Of a stretch of DNA of 52,515 bases, positions 37,240 to 47,700 are shown one piece after another. Under the pieces are notes generated by a model. It was not told where the DNA came from and ran no database searches. It saw only the letters and a program-made list of their open reading frames with translations. The translations under genes were made by a program, and so were the position numbers. This stretch comes from Candidatus Wolframiiraptor sinensis (lineage in GTDB: Archaea > Thermoproteota > Nitrososphaeria_A > Caldarchaeales > Wolframiiraptoraceae), in contig JALNKA010000005.1 in the NCBI GenBank assembly GCA_023261815.1, positions 1 to 52,515 of the forward strand, in the 5' to 3' direction. Position 1 is the stretch's first letter; each line of letters opens with the position of its first letter.

Positions 37240-37980
37240 ATGGCTCTTGGGATTGCAGGGGCTTATGATAGGGCTATAACAGTCTTCTCTCCGCAAGGTA
37301 GGCTTTACCAGGTCGAGTATGCTCTCGAGACCGTTAGAGCGGGCTCCACGGCGATGGCAATAGCCTGCGATGAGGGCTGTGTTCTAGCGGTCGAGGAGAG
37401 AATGCACACGAGGCTCCAGAACATCAACTACTCTTGGAAGCTCTTTCAGATAGACGATCACATAGGCGCCGTCGCGGCTGGCCTCAACTCGGATGCCAGG
37501 GTCCTCGTTGACACCGCCAGGATCAGGGCGCAGATTCTCAGGCTCACGTATGACGAGGTGCCGACGGTCGAGGCCATCACCAAGCACATCGGGGACGTCA
37601 TGCAGATGTATACGCAGCATGCGGGCGTCAGGCCCTTCGGCGTCGCCCTCCTCTTCGCGGGAGTCGATGAGACGGGCCCGAGAGTATTCTACACGGAGCC
37701 AAGCGGCATGGTTCTCGAGTATGATGCGTGGTCGATCGGGAGGGGCTCCGAGAAGGTTAGGGAGATCCTCGAAGTGGATTATAAGCGGGCTATGAGCCTC
37801 GAGGAGGCCGTGAACATCGCGATCAAATGCCTGGTGGAATCCGCCGAGAAGATCGATGCTAACTGGACGGTGAGGCTCGCGACCATTCCTACATCAACGA
37901 GGAAATTTACGCTAATGCCCCACGAGAAGTTGAAAAGCATACTGGAGCCTATGATTAAGAAGAGGCTTGGAGAGGGCTAG
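37240..37980 (+). CDS. psmA: Proteasome alpha subunit
   Basis: YDRAITVFSPQGRLYQVEYA, GVRPFGV. Confidence 0.97.
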   Translation: MALGIAGAYDRAITVFSPQGRLYQVEYALETVRAGSTAMAIACDEGCVLAVEERMHTRLQNINYSWKLFQIDDHIGAVAAGLNSDARVLVDTARIRAQILRLTYDEVPTVEAITKHIGDVMQMYTQHAGVRPFGVALLFAGVDETGPRVFYTEPSGMVLEYDAWSIGRGSEKVREILEVDYKRAMSLEEAVNIAIKCLVESAEKIDANWTVRLATIPTSTRKFTLMPHEKLKSILEPMIKKRLGEG

Positions 37981-38027
37981 GAAAGGCATTTTAAACCCCA
38001 GCGCCCGCTTCTCGTGGGGCGGGATCT

Positions 38028-38720
38028 GTGTCCAAAAGCTATACGATCGCAAGGCTTGAAAAGCATGGCGAGACATTCGAGATTCTCGTCGATCCGGATA
38101 ATGCCCTGAAGTATAAGATGGGCGAGAAGATGCCAATATCGAAGATCCTAGTTTATGAGGAGGTTTACAAGGACGCGAAAAAGGGTATTCGGGTCAGGGA
38201 GGAGGTTCTCAAGAAGACTTTCGGCACCACGGATCCCGTGAAGATCGCTGAGAGGATCTTGGAGGAGGGCACGATCCAGATAACCGCCGAGCAGAGGAGG
38301 AGGCTCATAGAGGAGAAGAAGAAGCAGATAATAGACCTGATAGCGAAGAACGCGATAGATCCTAGGACGAATCTCCCGCATCCGCCCCAGCGGATAGAGC
38401 TGGCGATGGAGGAAGCCGGAGTCCAGATAGATCCCTTCAAGGACGCGAAGGAGCAGGCTCTTAAGATAATCGAGAAGCTCAGACCCATAATCCCGATCAA
38501 GACCGGAATCCTAAAGTTTAAGATCCGGCTTCCGGCCGACGTGGCCGCGCGCGGCTATAGCGTGATCAAGAACATGGGCAAGGTAATCCGCGAGCAGTGG
38601 GGCGGAGATGGTAGCTGGACCGGAGTAGTCGAGGTTCCCACTGGGATTCACATAGACCTAATAGACAGGCTGAACAAGATCACCTCCGGCAGGGTCGAGG
38701 TAACGCAGTTTGAGGGGTGA
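38028..38720 (+). CDS. Ribosome maturation factor SBDS/Sdo1
   Basis: FEILVDP, FGTTD, IDPRTNLPHPPQRIE. Confidence 0.95.
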   Translation: MSKSYTIARLEKHGETFEILVDPDNALKYKMGEKMPISKILVYEEVYKDAKKGIRVREEVLKKTFGTTDPVKIAERILEEGTIQITAEQRRRLIEEKKKQIIDLIAKNAIDPRTNLPHPPQRIELAMEEAGVQIDPFKDAKEQALKIIEKLRPIIPIKTGILKFKIRLPADVAARGYSVIKNMGKVIREQWGGDGSWTGVVEVPTGIHIDLIDRLNKITSGRVEVTQFEG

Positions 38721-38727
38721 GCTGGGG

Positions 38728-39390
38728 ATGCCGATATACTTCACTGAGCATGAGATCGTCGTGCCGGGTCAGCTGCTCTCGGATAATGGCAAGCGAAGCG
38801 GTGAGGGGACCTATGCTTATGCCGGGAAGATTTATGCCGCGAGGATAGGGTTCGCCTCGATAAGAGGAAATAAGGTGGTTGTCACGCCATTCAAGACCGC
38901 GTATAAACCGGCTCCCGGAGACTGGGTCGTGGGAATAGTATCAGATGTGAAGCCGAATGGCTTCGAGATCGATCTAGGAAGGCACTTGAAGGGGGTAATC
39001 AGGATGCCCGACCGGGAGGAGGTGATGAGCATGGGCCTCAATGTCGGCGACGTCGTTTACGTGAGAATTAAGGAGAGCGGGCTCAGCGGTGTAGCAATAG
39101 ATAAGCGCAGCCGAATAAGGCGGATCGAAAGCGGCATATTAATCCAGATTCACCCGGCCAAGGTTCCGCGGCTAATCGGCAGGCGAGGCTCTATGATAAA
39201 CATGATAAAGAGGATTACGGGCTGCGATATAATAGTCGGAAAGAATGGCCTCATCGTGATTAATGGGCCGTCGCCGGAGGCAGAGTTCGCGGCGGTTAAG
39301 GCAATCAAGATGATAGAGGAGGAAGCTCATACCTCGGGGTTAACGGAGCGTATTGAGAAGCTGTTAAGGGGCCTTATAGGGGAAGGTTGA
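38728..39390 (+). CDS. rrp4: Exosome cap subunit Rrp4
   Basis: IVVPGQLL, S1 domain, KH KVPRLIGRRGSM, AHTSGLT. Confidence 0.93.
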   Translation: MPIYFTEHEIVVPGQLLSDNGKRSGEGTYAYAGKIYAARIGFASIRGNKVVVTPFKTAYKPAPGDWVVGIVSDVKPNGFEIDLGRHLKGVIRMPDREEVMSMGLNVGDVVYVRIKESGLSGVAIDKRSRIRRIESGILIQIHPAKVPRLIGRRGSMINMIKRITGCDIIVGKNGLIVINGPSPEAEFAAVKAIKMIEEEAHTSGLTERIEKLLRGLIGEG

Positions 39391-39475
39391 AGGATCTCGG
39401 CCCGTAAACCCATATATATCGTGATGCCTGGGATTCTTGGCAGATGCTGATTCAGGGTTGTCGGAGGATTCTGGA

Positions 39476-40207
39476 ATGTCCAGGCCTGAGCGGCTAATAG
39501 ATAATAATGGCAGAAGGGTTGATGGAAGGAGACCTGATGAGCTTAGGCCGATAAAAATGGAGATTGGCGTGCTGGATAAGAGCGATGGGTCAGCATACGT
39601 CGAGTTCGGGGGTACAAAGGTGATCGCGGCGGTCTTCGGCCCGAGAGAAGCCCACCCAAGGCACCTCGCGTTACCCGATAGAGCGATCCTAAACTGCAGG
39701 TATCACATGACATCATTCAGCGTCGAGGAGCGCAAGCCGCTGGGCATGACGAGGAGAGAGATCGAACTCTCGAAAGTGATTAGGGAAGCTCTCGAGACCG
39801 TGACATTTCTCGAAGAATTTCCGAGAGCAGCGATAGATGTATACGTGGAGGTCATTCAGGCCGATGGAGGGACTAGGACTGCAGGGCTCACGGCGGCCTC
39901 ATTGGCCCTGGCGGATGCGGGGATGCCCATGGCCGATCTAATAGCTGCTGTCGCTGTCGGGAAAGTGGATGGCCAGCTCGTGCTAGACTTATGCGACTTG
40001 GAGGACAAATATGGCGAGGCGGATATGCCGGTGGCCATGGCCCCCAGATTCAACTCCATAATCATGCTCCAGCTTAATGGGCGGATGTCCGTCGAGGAGT
40101 TCAAGAAGGGCCTTGCTCTTGCTCAGAAAGGGATAAGCGAGATCTACCACCTTCAGAGAGAGGCTTTGAAGAAGAAGTTCAGCGAGCTCGCGCCGAAGGA
40201 GGCTTGA
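39476..40207 (+). CDS. rrp41: Exosome core Rrp41
   Basis: [34 protein letters not shown]. Confidence 0.96.
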   Translation: MSRPERLIDNNGRRVDGRRPDELRPIKMEIGVLDKSDGSAYVEFGGTKVIAAVFGPREAHPRHLALPDRAILNCRYHMTSFSVEERKPLGMTRREIELSKVIREALETVTFLEEFPRAAIDVYVEVIQADGGTRTAGLTAASLALADAGMPMADLIAAVAVGKVDGQLVLDLCDLEDKYGEADMPVAMAPRFNSIIMLQLNGRMSVEEFKKGLALAQKGISEIYHLQREALKKKFSELAPKEA

Positions 40208-40211
40208 GAGC

Positions 40212-41048
40212 ATGGCATTCACACCCAAAAAGGATCTAACAGCCAAGATAATGCGGGATAAGATCTACAGCTTACTGCTTCAAGGTAAGCGGATAGATGG
40301 GAGGCGGCCTACGGATCTCAGGCCGATAAAGATCGAGACTGGCTTATTATCGAAGGCGGAGGGGTCAGCCCTCGTCTCGATGGGAAGCACCAAGATCTTG
40401 ACCGGGATCAAGGTCGAGGTCGGAGCACCGTTCCCGGATAGGCCCGATGAGGGAACATTCACCGTGAACGCGGAGCTGCTACCGCTGGCCTCGGCGAGCT
40501 TCGAGCCCGGCCCGCCTGATGAGCGGGGAATAGAGCTCGCCAGAGTAGTTGATAGAAGCCTGAGGGAGGGCGGGGTCATAGATCTCAAGAAGCTCTGCCT
40601 AATCGAGGGCGAGAAAGTCTACGTGCTCTTCATAGACATCTACGTGCTCGATTATGATGGAAACTACTTCGATCCATCACTGATCTCGGCCCTCGCCGCC
40701 CTCGCGACCGCCAAGATACCGAGATACGAGATTGTTGATGGCAAGCCCCAGAAGACCGATGAATACTTCAGCCTGGAGCTCAATTCGCTTCCATTCACGG
40801 CGATGGTCGGAGTGATTGGCGAGAAGTTCCTGCTCGATCCGCAGCTCGAGGAGGAGAAGGTTCTGGACGTCTCCCTCGTCGTGGGCGCCGACGAGAAGGG
40901 CGATATAACGTGCGTGCAAAAGAATTCTCCAGGCCAAATACCCATCGAGCTCATGGACAGCATAATCGACGCGGTCATCGAAAAGACGGGCGAGATCCGG
41001 AGAAAATTCCTCCAAGAAGTTCCGGTAAAGCTCGCCGGCAGGACCTAA
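40212..41048 (+). CDS. rrp42: Exosome core Rrp42
   Basis: RIDGR, AEGSA, PFPDRPDEG, FEPGPPDE, DYDGN. Confidence 0.96.
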   Translation: MAFTPKKDLTAKIMRDKIYSLLLQGKRIDGRRPTDLRPIKIETGLLSKAEGSALVSMGSTKILTGIKVEVGAPFPDRPDEGTFTVNAELLPLASASFEPGPPDERGIELARVVDRSLREGGVIDLKKLCLIEGEKVYVLFIDIYVLDYDGNYFDPSLISALAALATAKIPRYEIVDGKPQKTDEYFSLELNSLPFTAMVGVIGEKFLLDPQLEEEKVLDVSLVVGADEKGDITCVQKNSPGQIPIELMDSIIDAVIEKTGEIRRKFLQEVPVKLAGRT

Positions 41049-41092
41049 AGCTTAAATCCTCAGAGCATCGGGCTTTGGGAGGTAAAAGAGGA

Positions 41093-41320
41093 ATGCAGGT
41101 CGGCAAGATTAAGGGTAACCCGGCAAAGCGCTTTGGGGCCAGATATGGGTCCACGCTCAGGAAGCGCGTCGCTGAGATTGAGCGGGAGCAGAGGGCCTGG
41201 CACATCTGTCCAAACTGCAATCAGCCGAAGGTGAGGAGGGTTGCAGCCGGGATCTGGAGCTGCAGGAAGTGCGGCTACACCTTCGCGGGAGGAGCCTGGA
41301 CCCCATTCCCGAAAAAATAG
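41093..41320 (+). CDS. rpl37ae: 50S ribosomal protein L37Ae (eL43)
   Basis: RFGARYGSTLRK, CPNC, GIWSCRKC, FAGGAW. Confidence 0.95.
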   Translation: MQVGKIKGNPAKRFGARYGSTLRKRVAEIEREQRAWHICPNCNQPKVRRVAAGIWSCRKCGYTFAGGAWTPFPKK

Positions 41321-41597
41321 ATTCGAGGTCGAGGTAATTTTCCATCTCGACGAGCTCGAGGCCGATACGATATACTGGGCGATCCTCCCCGAGGCGAGGG
41401 ATATTCCATCAAGGAGAGCCTCTGTGGAGATTGGCCTGGAAGCTGGAGCTCTAATCCTCAGAATATACGCCGCGGATCCCGTCGCCCTCAGAGCAGCATT
41501 AAACTCATTCATGAGATTCATTGACGCGTGCCTGCAATCCCTAAGGAGCCTCGACCTGCTGCAGGGGGAATTCGGAAATCCTTTAAAACCTGGTTGA
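41241..41597 (+). CDS. pcc1: KEOPS subunit Pcc1 (start uncertain)
   Basis: AILPE, LILRIYAADPVALRAALNSFMR; upstream of prefoldin. Confidence 0.8.
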   Translation: MQPGSGAAGSAATPSREEPGPHSRKNRFEVEVIFHLDELEADTIYWAILPEARDIPSRRASVEIGLEAGALILRIYAADPVALRAALNSFMRFIDACLQSLRSLDLLQGEFGNPLKPG

Positions 41598-41611
41598 ACG
41601 GCTTTTTTGAG

Positions 41612-41977
41612 ATGTCCGCTGGTGAGGGAGAGCTTCCTCCAAGCGTTAGGCAGCAGCTCGTCAGGTTTCAGCAGCTTCAGCAGACCCTTAACGCCATATT
41701 AGTCGAAAAGCAGAGGCTCGAGTTGGAGCTCATGGAAGTGAAGAGCGCGCTCGAGGAGCTCCAGAAGGTGTCAGATGACGCGGCAATCTACAAGGCGGTC
41801 GGCCCTGTGCTAGTTCAGACGAGCAAGCAGCAGATAGTGGAGGAGCTCACGGAGAGGAAGGAGCTCACCGAGACCAGGCTGAAGCTTCTGGAGAAGCAGG
41901 AGCAGAGGACTAGGGAGCAGCTCGAGAGCCTCCAGAAGGAGTTGAGGCTGGCTCTATCGGGACAGGGTCCTGCCTGA
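41612..41977 (+). CDS. pfdB: Prefoldin beta subunit
   Basis: LPPSVRQQL, ALEEL, IYKAVGPVLV, LEKQE. Confidence 0.95.
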   Translation: MSAGEGELPPSVRQQLVRFQQLQQTLNAILVEKQRLELELMEVKSALEELQKVSDDAAIYKAVGPVLVQTSKQQIVEELTERKELTETRLKLLEKQEQRTREQLESLQKELRLALSGQGPA

Positions 41978-42990
41978 TGAGGAGCGCCGACTTCATAGAG
42001 ATCATCGCGAAAAAGCTTAGAGAGCTCTCCGGAAAAACGGTCGCTATTCTAACGCATGCCGGGGGCGATCCAGATTCCATCGGGGCGGCCTACGTTCTCT
42101 CGAATATGCTCGAGAAGCTCATGAGCGCTAGAGCGCTTCTCGAGATTCCTGAGGAGCCCTCGACGCATAGCGCCGCTCTCATGGAAAGGCTCGAGATAAG
42201 CTCATCCGAGAACGTAGATGGTGCCGATACCTATCTCGTGCTTGACTGCGGTTCCCCGGAGCAGCTGGGCGATAGCATGCGCTTGCTCAAATCCGGTAAG
42301 CCCGTGCTGGTAATCGACCACCACTCGACGAGCGCCGAAAAGTTCGGTGGAGGAGCTGAAGTCCATGCTATGGAGGAATACTCGTCGGTCTGCGAGATAA
42401 TATTTGACCTCGCGGAGCACCTAGGCTATGATCTCTCGATCGAGGAGGCTGAGGCGCTCTTCGCCGGAATATACTATGACACGGCCAGGCTCTCCCTGGC
42501 TGACCATGAAGCTCTCAGAAAAGCCTGCGCTCTCGCCTCGCGCGGAATCAATCCCAGAATGCTTCTCCAAGGCCTCGAGGTAAAGATGGATTTATCGGAG
42601 CGGGTTGCGAGGATCAAGGCGGCTGCCAGAATGCGCGTGTACAGGGCCGGAGATTGGATCATAGCCGTTAGCAGGCTCAGCAGCTTCCAAAGCTCGGCGG
42701 CCAGGAGTCTCGTGAACCTCGGAGCCCACGTGGCGATTGTCGGCGGAGAATCTGACGAGGGCATCACACTATCCTTCAGGGCCCTAAACGAATTCATCGA
42801 CGCAACAGGGATAAATTTGGGCAGGGATATTGCTGCGAGAATTGGAGAGGAATTCGGGGGACATGGAGGTGGACACGCATCAGCCGCGAAAGCCCTCTGC
42901 AAGAGAGGAGGCTTAGAGGAGATCCTGGGAAGGTGCTTGGAACTGATAGGCGAGAGGCTGGGGGGGAGGCTGAGGGAGCTCCAGCCATAA
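41977..42990 (+). CDS. DHH/DHHA1 family phosphoesterase
   Basis: HAGGDPDS, LDC, IDHH, GGGHASAA. Confidence 0.9.
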   Translation: MRSADFIEIIAKKLRELSGKTVAILTHAGGDPDSIGAAYVLSNMLEKLMSARALLEIPEEPSTHSAALMERLEISSSENVDGADTYLVLDCGSPEQLGDSMRLLKSGKPVLVIDHHSTSAEKFGGGAEVHAMEEYSSVCEIIFDLAEHLGYDLSIEEAEALFAGIYYDTARLSLADHEALRKACALASRGINPRMLLQGLEVKMDLSERVARIKAAARMRVYRAGDWIIAVSRLSSFQSSAARSLVNLGAHVAIVGGESDEGITLSFRALNEFIDATGINLGRDIAARIGEEFGGHGGGHASAAKALCKRGGLEEILGRCLELIGERLGGRLRELQP

Positions 42991-43829
42991 TACACGTCGA
43001 GAACCTCTCATTCAGATATTATGGCAGCGAGCAGTATGCTCTCAGGGACGTGAACCTCGTGGTGAGAAGGGGGGAGTTCGTGGTCCTAGCCGGGAGAAGC
43101 GGATGCGGGAAGACGACTCTTCTCCGCTGCCTCAACGGTCTCATACCGAACTTCTACGAGGGCGAGATGCTCGGGAGGGTTTTGGTGGATGGCATGGATA
43201 CTCGCTACACGCCGACGCACATCTTATCGCAGGCCGCTGGAATGGTCTTTCAAAATCCCGATAACCAGCTCTTCGCCCTCAGCGTCGAGGCGGACATAGC
43301 TTTTCCGCTCGAGAACTTGGGGTTTCCGAGAGAGATCATTCTGGAGAGAATTAATTGGGCGCTGAAGGCTCTCAAGATAGAAGATCTGAGATACAGGTCA
43401 CCATTCGAGCTCTCGGGAGGCCAGAAGCAGAAGGTGGCCATAGCATCAGTGCTCGCGATGAAGCCGAAGATCCTCCTACTCGATGAGCCGACGAGCTCCC
43501 TAGACCCCGTCTCCGCGAGAAACTTGATAGAATCGATAGTGGAGCTGAATAAGCGCGAGGGTCTCACGATCATAATCTCCGAGCATAGGCTCGAGCACCT
43601 GCTCCCGCACGCTGATAGGCTGATAGTGATGGATCGCGGAATGATAGTCAGGGATGGAGATCCTAGGAAGATATTGAGGGATGAAGATCTACTGGTTTAC
43701 GGGGTCGCTCCCCCGAAGGTCTCGGAGGTCGCGAGATGCGTGAACGCCCATCGAGGATGCCTCAAGTTCGAGGAGATCCCGCTCACGGTCCACGAGTTCG
43801 TCGAGAAGGTTAGGAGGCTGATCGGATGA
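42933..43829 (+). CDS. ecfA1: ECF transporter ATPase EcfA
   Basis: GRSGCGKTT, FQNPDNQL, LSGGQKQ, LDEPTS, SEH. Confidence 0.9.
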   Translation: MLGTDRREAGGEAEGAPAIIHVENLSFRYYGSEQYALRDVNLVVRRGEFVVLAGRSGCGKTTLLRCLNGLIPNFYEGEMLGRVLVDGMDTRYTPTHILSQAAGMVFQNPDNQLFALSVEADIAFPLENLGFPREIILERINWALKALKIEDLRYRSPFELSGGQKQKVAIASVLAMKPKILLLDEPTSSLDPVSARNLIESIVELNKREGLTIIISEHRLEHLLPHADRLIVMDRGMIVRDGDPRKILRDEDLLVYGVAPPKVSEVARCVNAHRGCLKFEEIPLTVHEFVEKVRRLIG

Positions 43830-44656
43830 TAAGCTTCGAGGACGTGGAATACGTGTATCCGAGCGGCGTCAAGGCCCTGGATGGAGTCAGCCTGAAGATC
43901 GAGAAGGGCGAGATCGTTGCCTTGATGGGCGAGAACGGATCGGGCAAGACGACGCTTCTAAAGCACCTTAATGGGCTTCTGAAGCCAACTCGGGGCAGGG
44001 TCGTCGTGGATGGTGTGGACACTAGGAGCGCGACGATCGCCGAGCTCGCGAGGAGGGTGGGCCTAGTATTCCAGAACGCGGAGTCGATGTTCTTCTCGAG
44101 CACTGTTTGGGAGGAGGTCGCCTTCGCCCTCAGAAATTTCGGCTACGATGAGATGATCGTGAGACGAAGAGTCGAGTGGGCGCTAAACTTCATGGAACTT
44201 GGTGATTACGCCGAGTCATCGCCTTTCCTCCTGAGCGGAGGAGAGAAGAAGAGGCTCGCGCTCGCGATAATCCTCGCGTGGTCGCCCGAAGTCATAGCCT
44301 TGGATGAGCCGACGACCGGGCAGGATCAGCTCCAGAAGGAGAAGCTCATGCAGATGATTAGGCTGCTCAAGGAGCAGGGAAGGACTATAATAGCATCGAC
44401 GCATGACGTCGAGTTCGTCGCTCAGCTCAAGCCGAGGATAATAGTGATGAGGCGGGGCAAGGTGATAGCTGATGGAGGCGCCGAGGAGATACTGCTGAAC
44501 GAGGATCTCCTAAGGTCATGCAACCTCCTCCCACCCCAGATAGCGTCATTAACTAGGGAGCTGGGCTTTATCGGGATCAAGCCATCCCTCAAGCATCCGC
44601 GCGAGGTCGCTAAAGAGCTCCTAGATGCCCTAAGCCGGATTATGCGTGGAGGCTAA
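43826..44656 (+). CDS. ecfA2: ECF transporter ATPase EcfA'
   Basis: GENGSGKTT, SPFLLSGGEKKR, DEPTTGQD, STHD. Confidence 0.9.
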   Translation: MISFEDVEYVYPSGVKALDGVSLKIEKGEIVALMGENGSGKTTLLKHLNGLLKPTRGRVVVDGVDTRSATIAELARRVGLVFQNAESMFFSSTVWEEVAFALRNFGYDEMIVRRRVEWALNFMELGDYAESSPFLLSGGEKKRLALAIILAWSPEVIALDEPTTGQDQLQKEKLMQMIRLLKEQGRTIIASTHDVEFVAQLKPRIIVMRRGKVIADGGAEEILLNEDLLRSCNLLPPQIASLTRELGFIGIKPSLKHPREVAKELLDALSRIMRGG

Positions 44657-44744
44657 TTTGCGATGAGCCAGCGCTTAAGCTGAATCGCGCCCATCATGGC
44701 CATCGCCCACCTTATATAATAGCCGAGGAATATGAAGAATTTGG

Positions 44745-47700
44745 ATGAATGAAGAGGAATACAAGGCGCTCATAGAGAGGGAATTTCAGAGATGTTATCA
44801 AGTTGCTGTTGAGGCTCGTAGGAGGATAGGCTCGCCCACGCCGATGGTCGAGATACTTCTGGCCAAAGACTTGGCGGAGAGGGTTGAGCTTCTAGTAGGC
44901 CCAAAGGGCGTCGCCGAGAAGATCAGGAAGTATTTCGGGAAGATATCTCAGGAGAAGCTCGCGTTCAGGCTAGCCGAGGAGCTGGTCTCAGAGCTCCGGG
45001 GGAGGATTAGCGACGAGGAGCTGGCGCTCCAGGCTATACGAACGTGCCTCGCGGTCTTGACGCCTCCATGCATCACCGCCGCCCCCACGGAGGGGATAGT
45101 GGACGTAAAGATCAAGCGAAATCCAGATGGATCCAAGCACCTCTCGGTATACTTCGCGGGGCCGATAAGGTCCGCCGGCGGGACGGAGCTCGCATCCATA
45201 ATCCTGATAGCGGATCACGTGAGGAAGCTTCTCGGCCTCGACAAGTATAAGCCGACGGACGAGGAGGTCATGAGGTTCATCGAGGAGCTCAGAACATATC
45301 AGAGGAGGGTCTCAAGATTCCAATACAACGTCCCAGAGGATCTCATAGAGTTCATCCTGAGAAGGCTTCCCGTCGAGGTCACGGGAATAGCGACTGATAG
45401 AATCCAGGCATCATCATTCAAAGGTCTCTCACGGATCGAGACTGATCACATAAGGGGTGGAGCATTGAGGGTTGTGAATGATGGGATAGCTGGCAGGGCG
45501 AAGAAGGTGCTAAAGCTCGTGGAGGAGCTGGGCCTCGAGGGATGGGACTGGATAAAATATGTCGCGGAGCGAATGAAGGAATTGACGAGCGACGAGGATG
45601 AGCAGAGCTACTTGGATGAACTCGTGGGCGGAAGGCCCCTCCTCTCATCATCCAAAACCTTCGGAGGCCTCAGGATAAGATATGGCAGATCATTCTCGAC
45701 TGGGATGCAGGCCGTAGGCCTCCATCCATTAACGCTCAAGCTCCTCATGGGATATCTCACGACCGGGACTCAGCTCAAGCTGGATTATCCCGGTAAGGGC
45801 GGAATAATCTCGCCGGTGGACTCGATCGAGCCGCCGATAGTCATGCTGGATGATGGCAGCGTATTGAAGCTCAGATCAGAAGAAGATTTGAAAAGCGTCG
45901 AGGACAAGATTTCGAGGATACTCTTCCTAGGCGACATACTGATCTCGATAGGAGATCTGATAGAGAATAATGCCGAGATCAGGAAGCCGGGATACTGCGA
46001 GGAGTGGTGGGCCGAGGAGCTCAGGGAGAGGCTTGACGGCGCGCCGCCGCGGCTCAGGGAGCTCGCCAGCTGGATCCTAGAAGACCCGATCCGCCGAAAG
46101 CCGAGCGCCGAGGACGCGATAAGGCTCAGCATCGCACTCAAGATCCCATTACATCCAGAATACCTCCCATTTTGGAGAAATGCTTCGATCGGCGATCTCG
46201 AAGCACTGAGAAGCTGGATGAAGTCCAATGCGCGGGATCTCGTGATGGATGGCGGATGCGCGGTGCTCCCGTGGGATGAGGCGGCGAAGCAGGCTTTAAC
46301 GAGGATCCTCGTCGAGCACATAGTCTCCGGCAAAGTCATCAAGATTCCGCTGCCATGGTTTAAGGTGCTCGTAGCGTGCCTGAGGCCGTTCAGCGATGAG
46401 AAGCTGGAGGGAGAGGATCCGATTCAGGCCGTTGAGATGATCTCCGGGATACTTCAGCGCGATAAGGCCGGCTCATTCATAGGAGCTAGAATGGGTAGGC
46501 CTGAGAAGGCTGCTCAGAGGGAGATGAGCCCGCCGGTAAATGTGCTATTCCCGATATCCGATGCCGGCGGAAGCACGAGAGACATCATCGCCGCCGCGAA
46601 GAATGGCAAGAAAGTGTCCGTCGAGCTCTCCACTAGGAGGTGCCCCAAATGCGGCGAGGTGACTTGGAGGGAGAAATGCCCGCAATGCGGGGAGTTTACG
46701 GAGATCATCGGAGCATGCGTTGAATGCGGGCTGGAGGTGGAGTATGGGGAGGGTACTAGATGCCCCAGATGCGGCGGCAGGGTCAAGTTCTCGAGGAAGT
46801 TCATGGTCAATGTCAGTGAGGAGCTTTATTACGTTCTCAGGAGGCTCTCCGAGCAGGCGCCCACTAGGCTGAAGGGCGTTAAGGGGCTTAATAGCGTGGC
46901 GAAGACCCCGGAGCTCCTCGAGAAGGGGGTTCTCAGGGCAAAATACGGCCTCTACATCTACAAGGATGGAACGATAAGATTCGATGCGACCAATGCTCCT
47001 CTGACGCACTTCACGCCGAGGCAGATCTCAACACCTGTTGAGAAGCTCAGGGAGCTCGGATACACGCATGACATATACGGCGAGGATCTCGTCTCGCCCG
47101 ATCAAATACTGGAGCTCAAGCCGCAGGATGTCGTTATCTCCCGCAGAGCGGCGGAGCACCTCCTCAAGGTCTCAAAGTTCATCGATGAGCTGCTCGTCAA
47201 GGTCGCGGGCATGGAGCCATTCTACGGGTTCGAGTCCATTGAGGATGTCGTGGGCGCGCTGATAGTAGCCTTATCGCCGCACACATACGCCGGCGTCGTC
47301 GGAAGAGTGATAGGCTTCACGGACTCCCTAGTCTGCTTCGCTCACCCGATCTTCCACGCCGCGAAGAGGAGGGATTGCGATGGCGACGAGGATAGTATAA
47401 TGCTCCTCCTAGACCCACTGATAAACTTCTCGAGGCTCTATCTCCCGGGAAGGATCGGCGGCAAGATGGATGCGCCGCTCCTCCTCACCGTAATAATCGA
47501 CCCGAAGGAGGTTGATGAGCAGGCGCACAACTTGGACGTCTTAAGCAGAATTCCGCTAGAATTCTACAAGCTCGCGGAGCGGGGAGGTCACATATCTGAG
47601 CTCGCCAAGGTGATTCCGACGATAAAGATGCTCCTCAGTGAGGGCAAGCCGCTGAGAATCGGGTTTACGCATCCGCAGAGCAGCCTCGTCGCCCACCCGA

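Noticed and set aside
44659-44684. GCGATGA-13 nt-CTGA upstream of DP2
   Set aside because: Degenerate C box with no second box pair or terminal stem.
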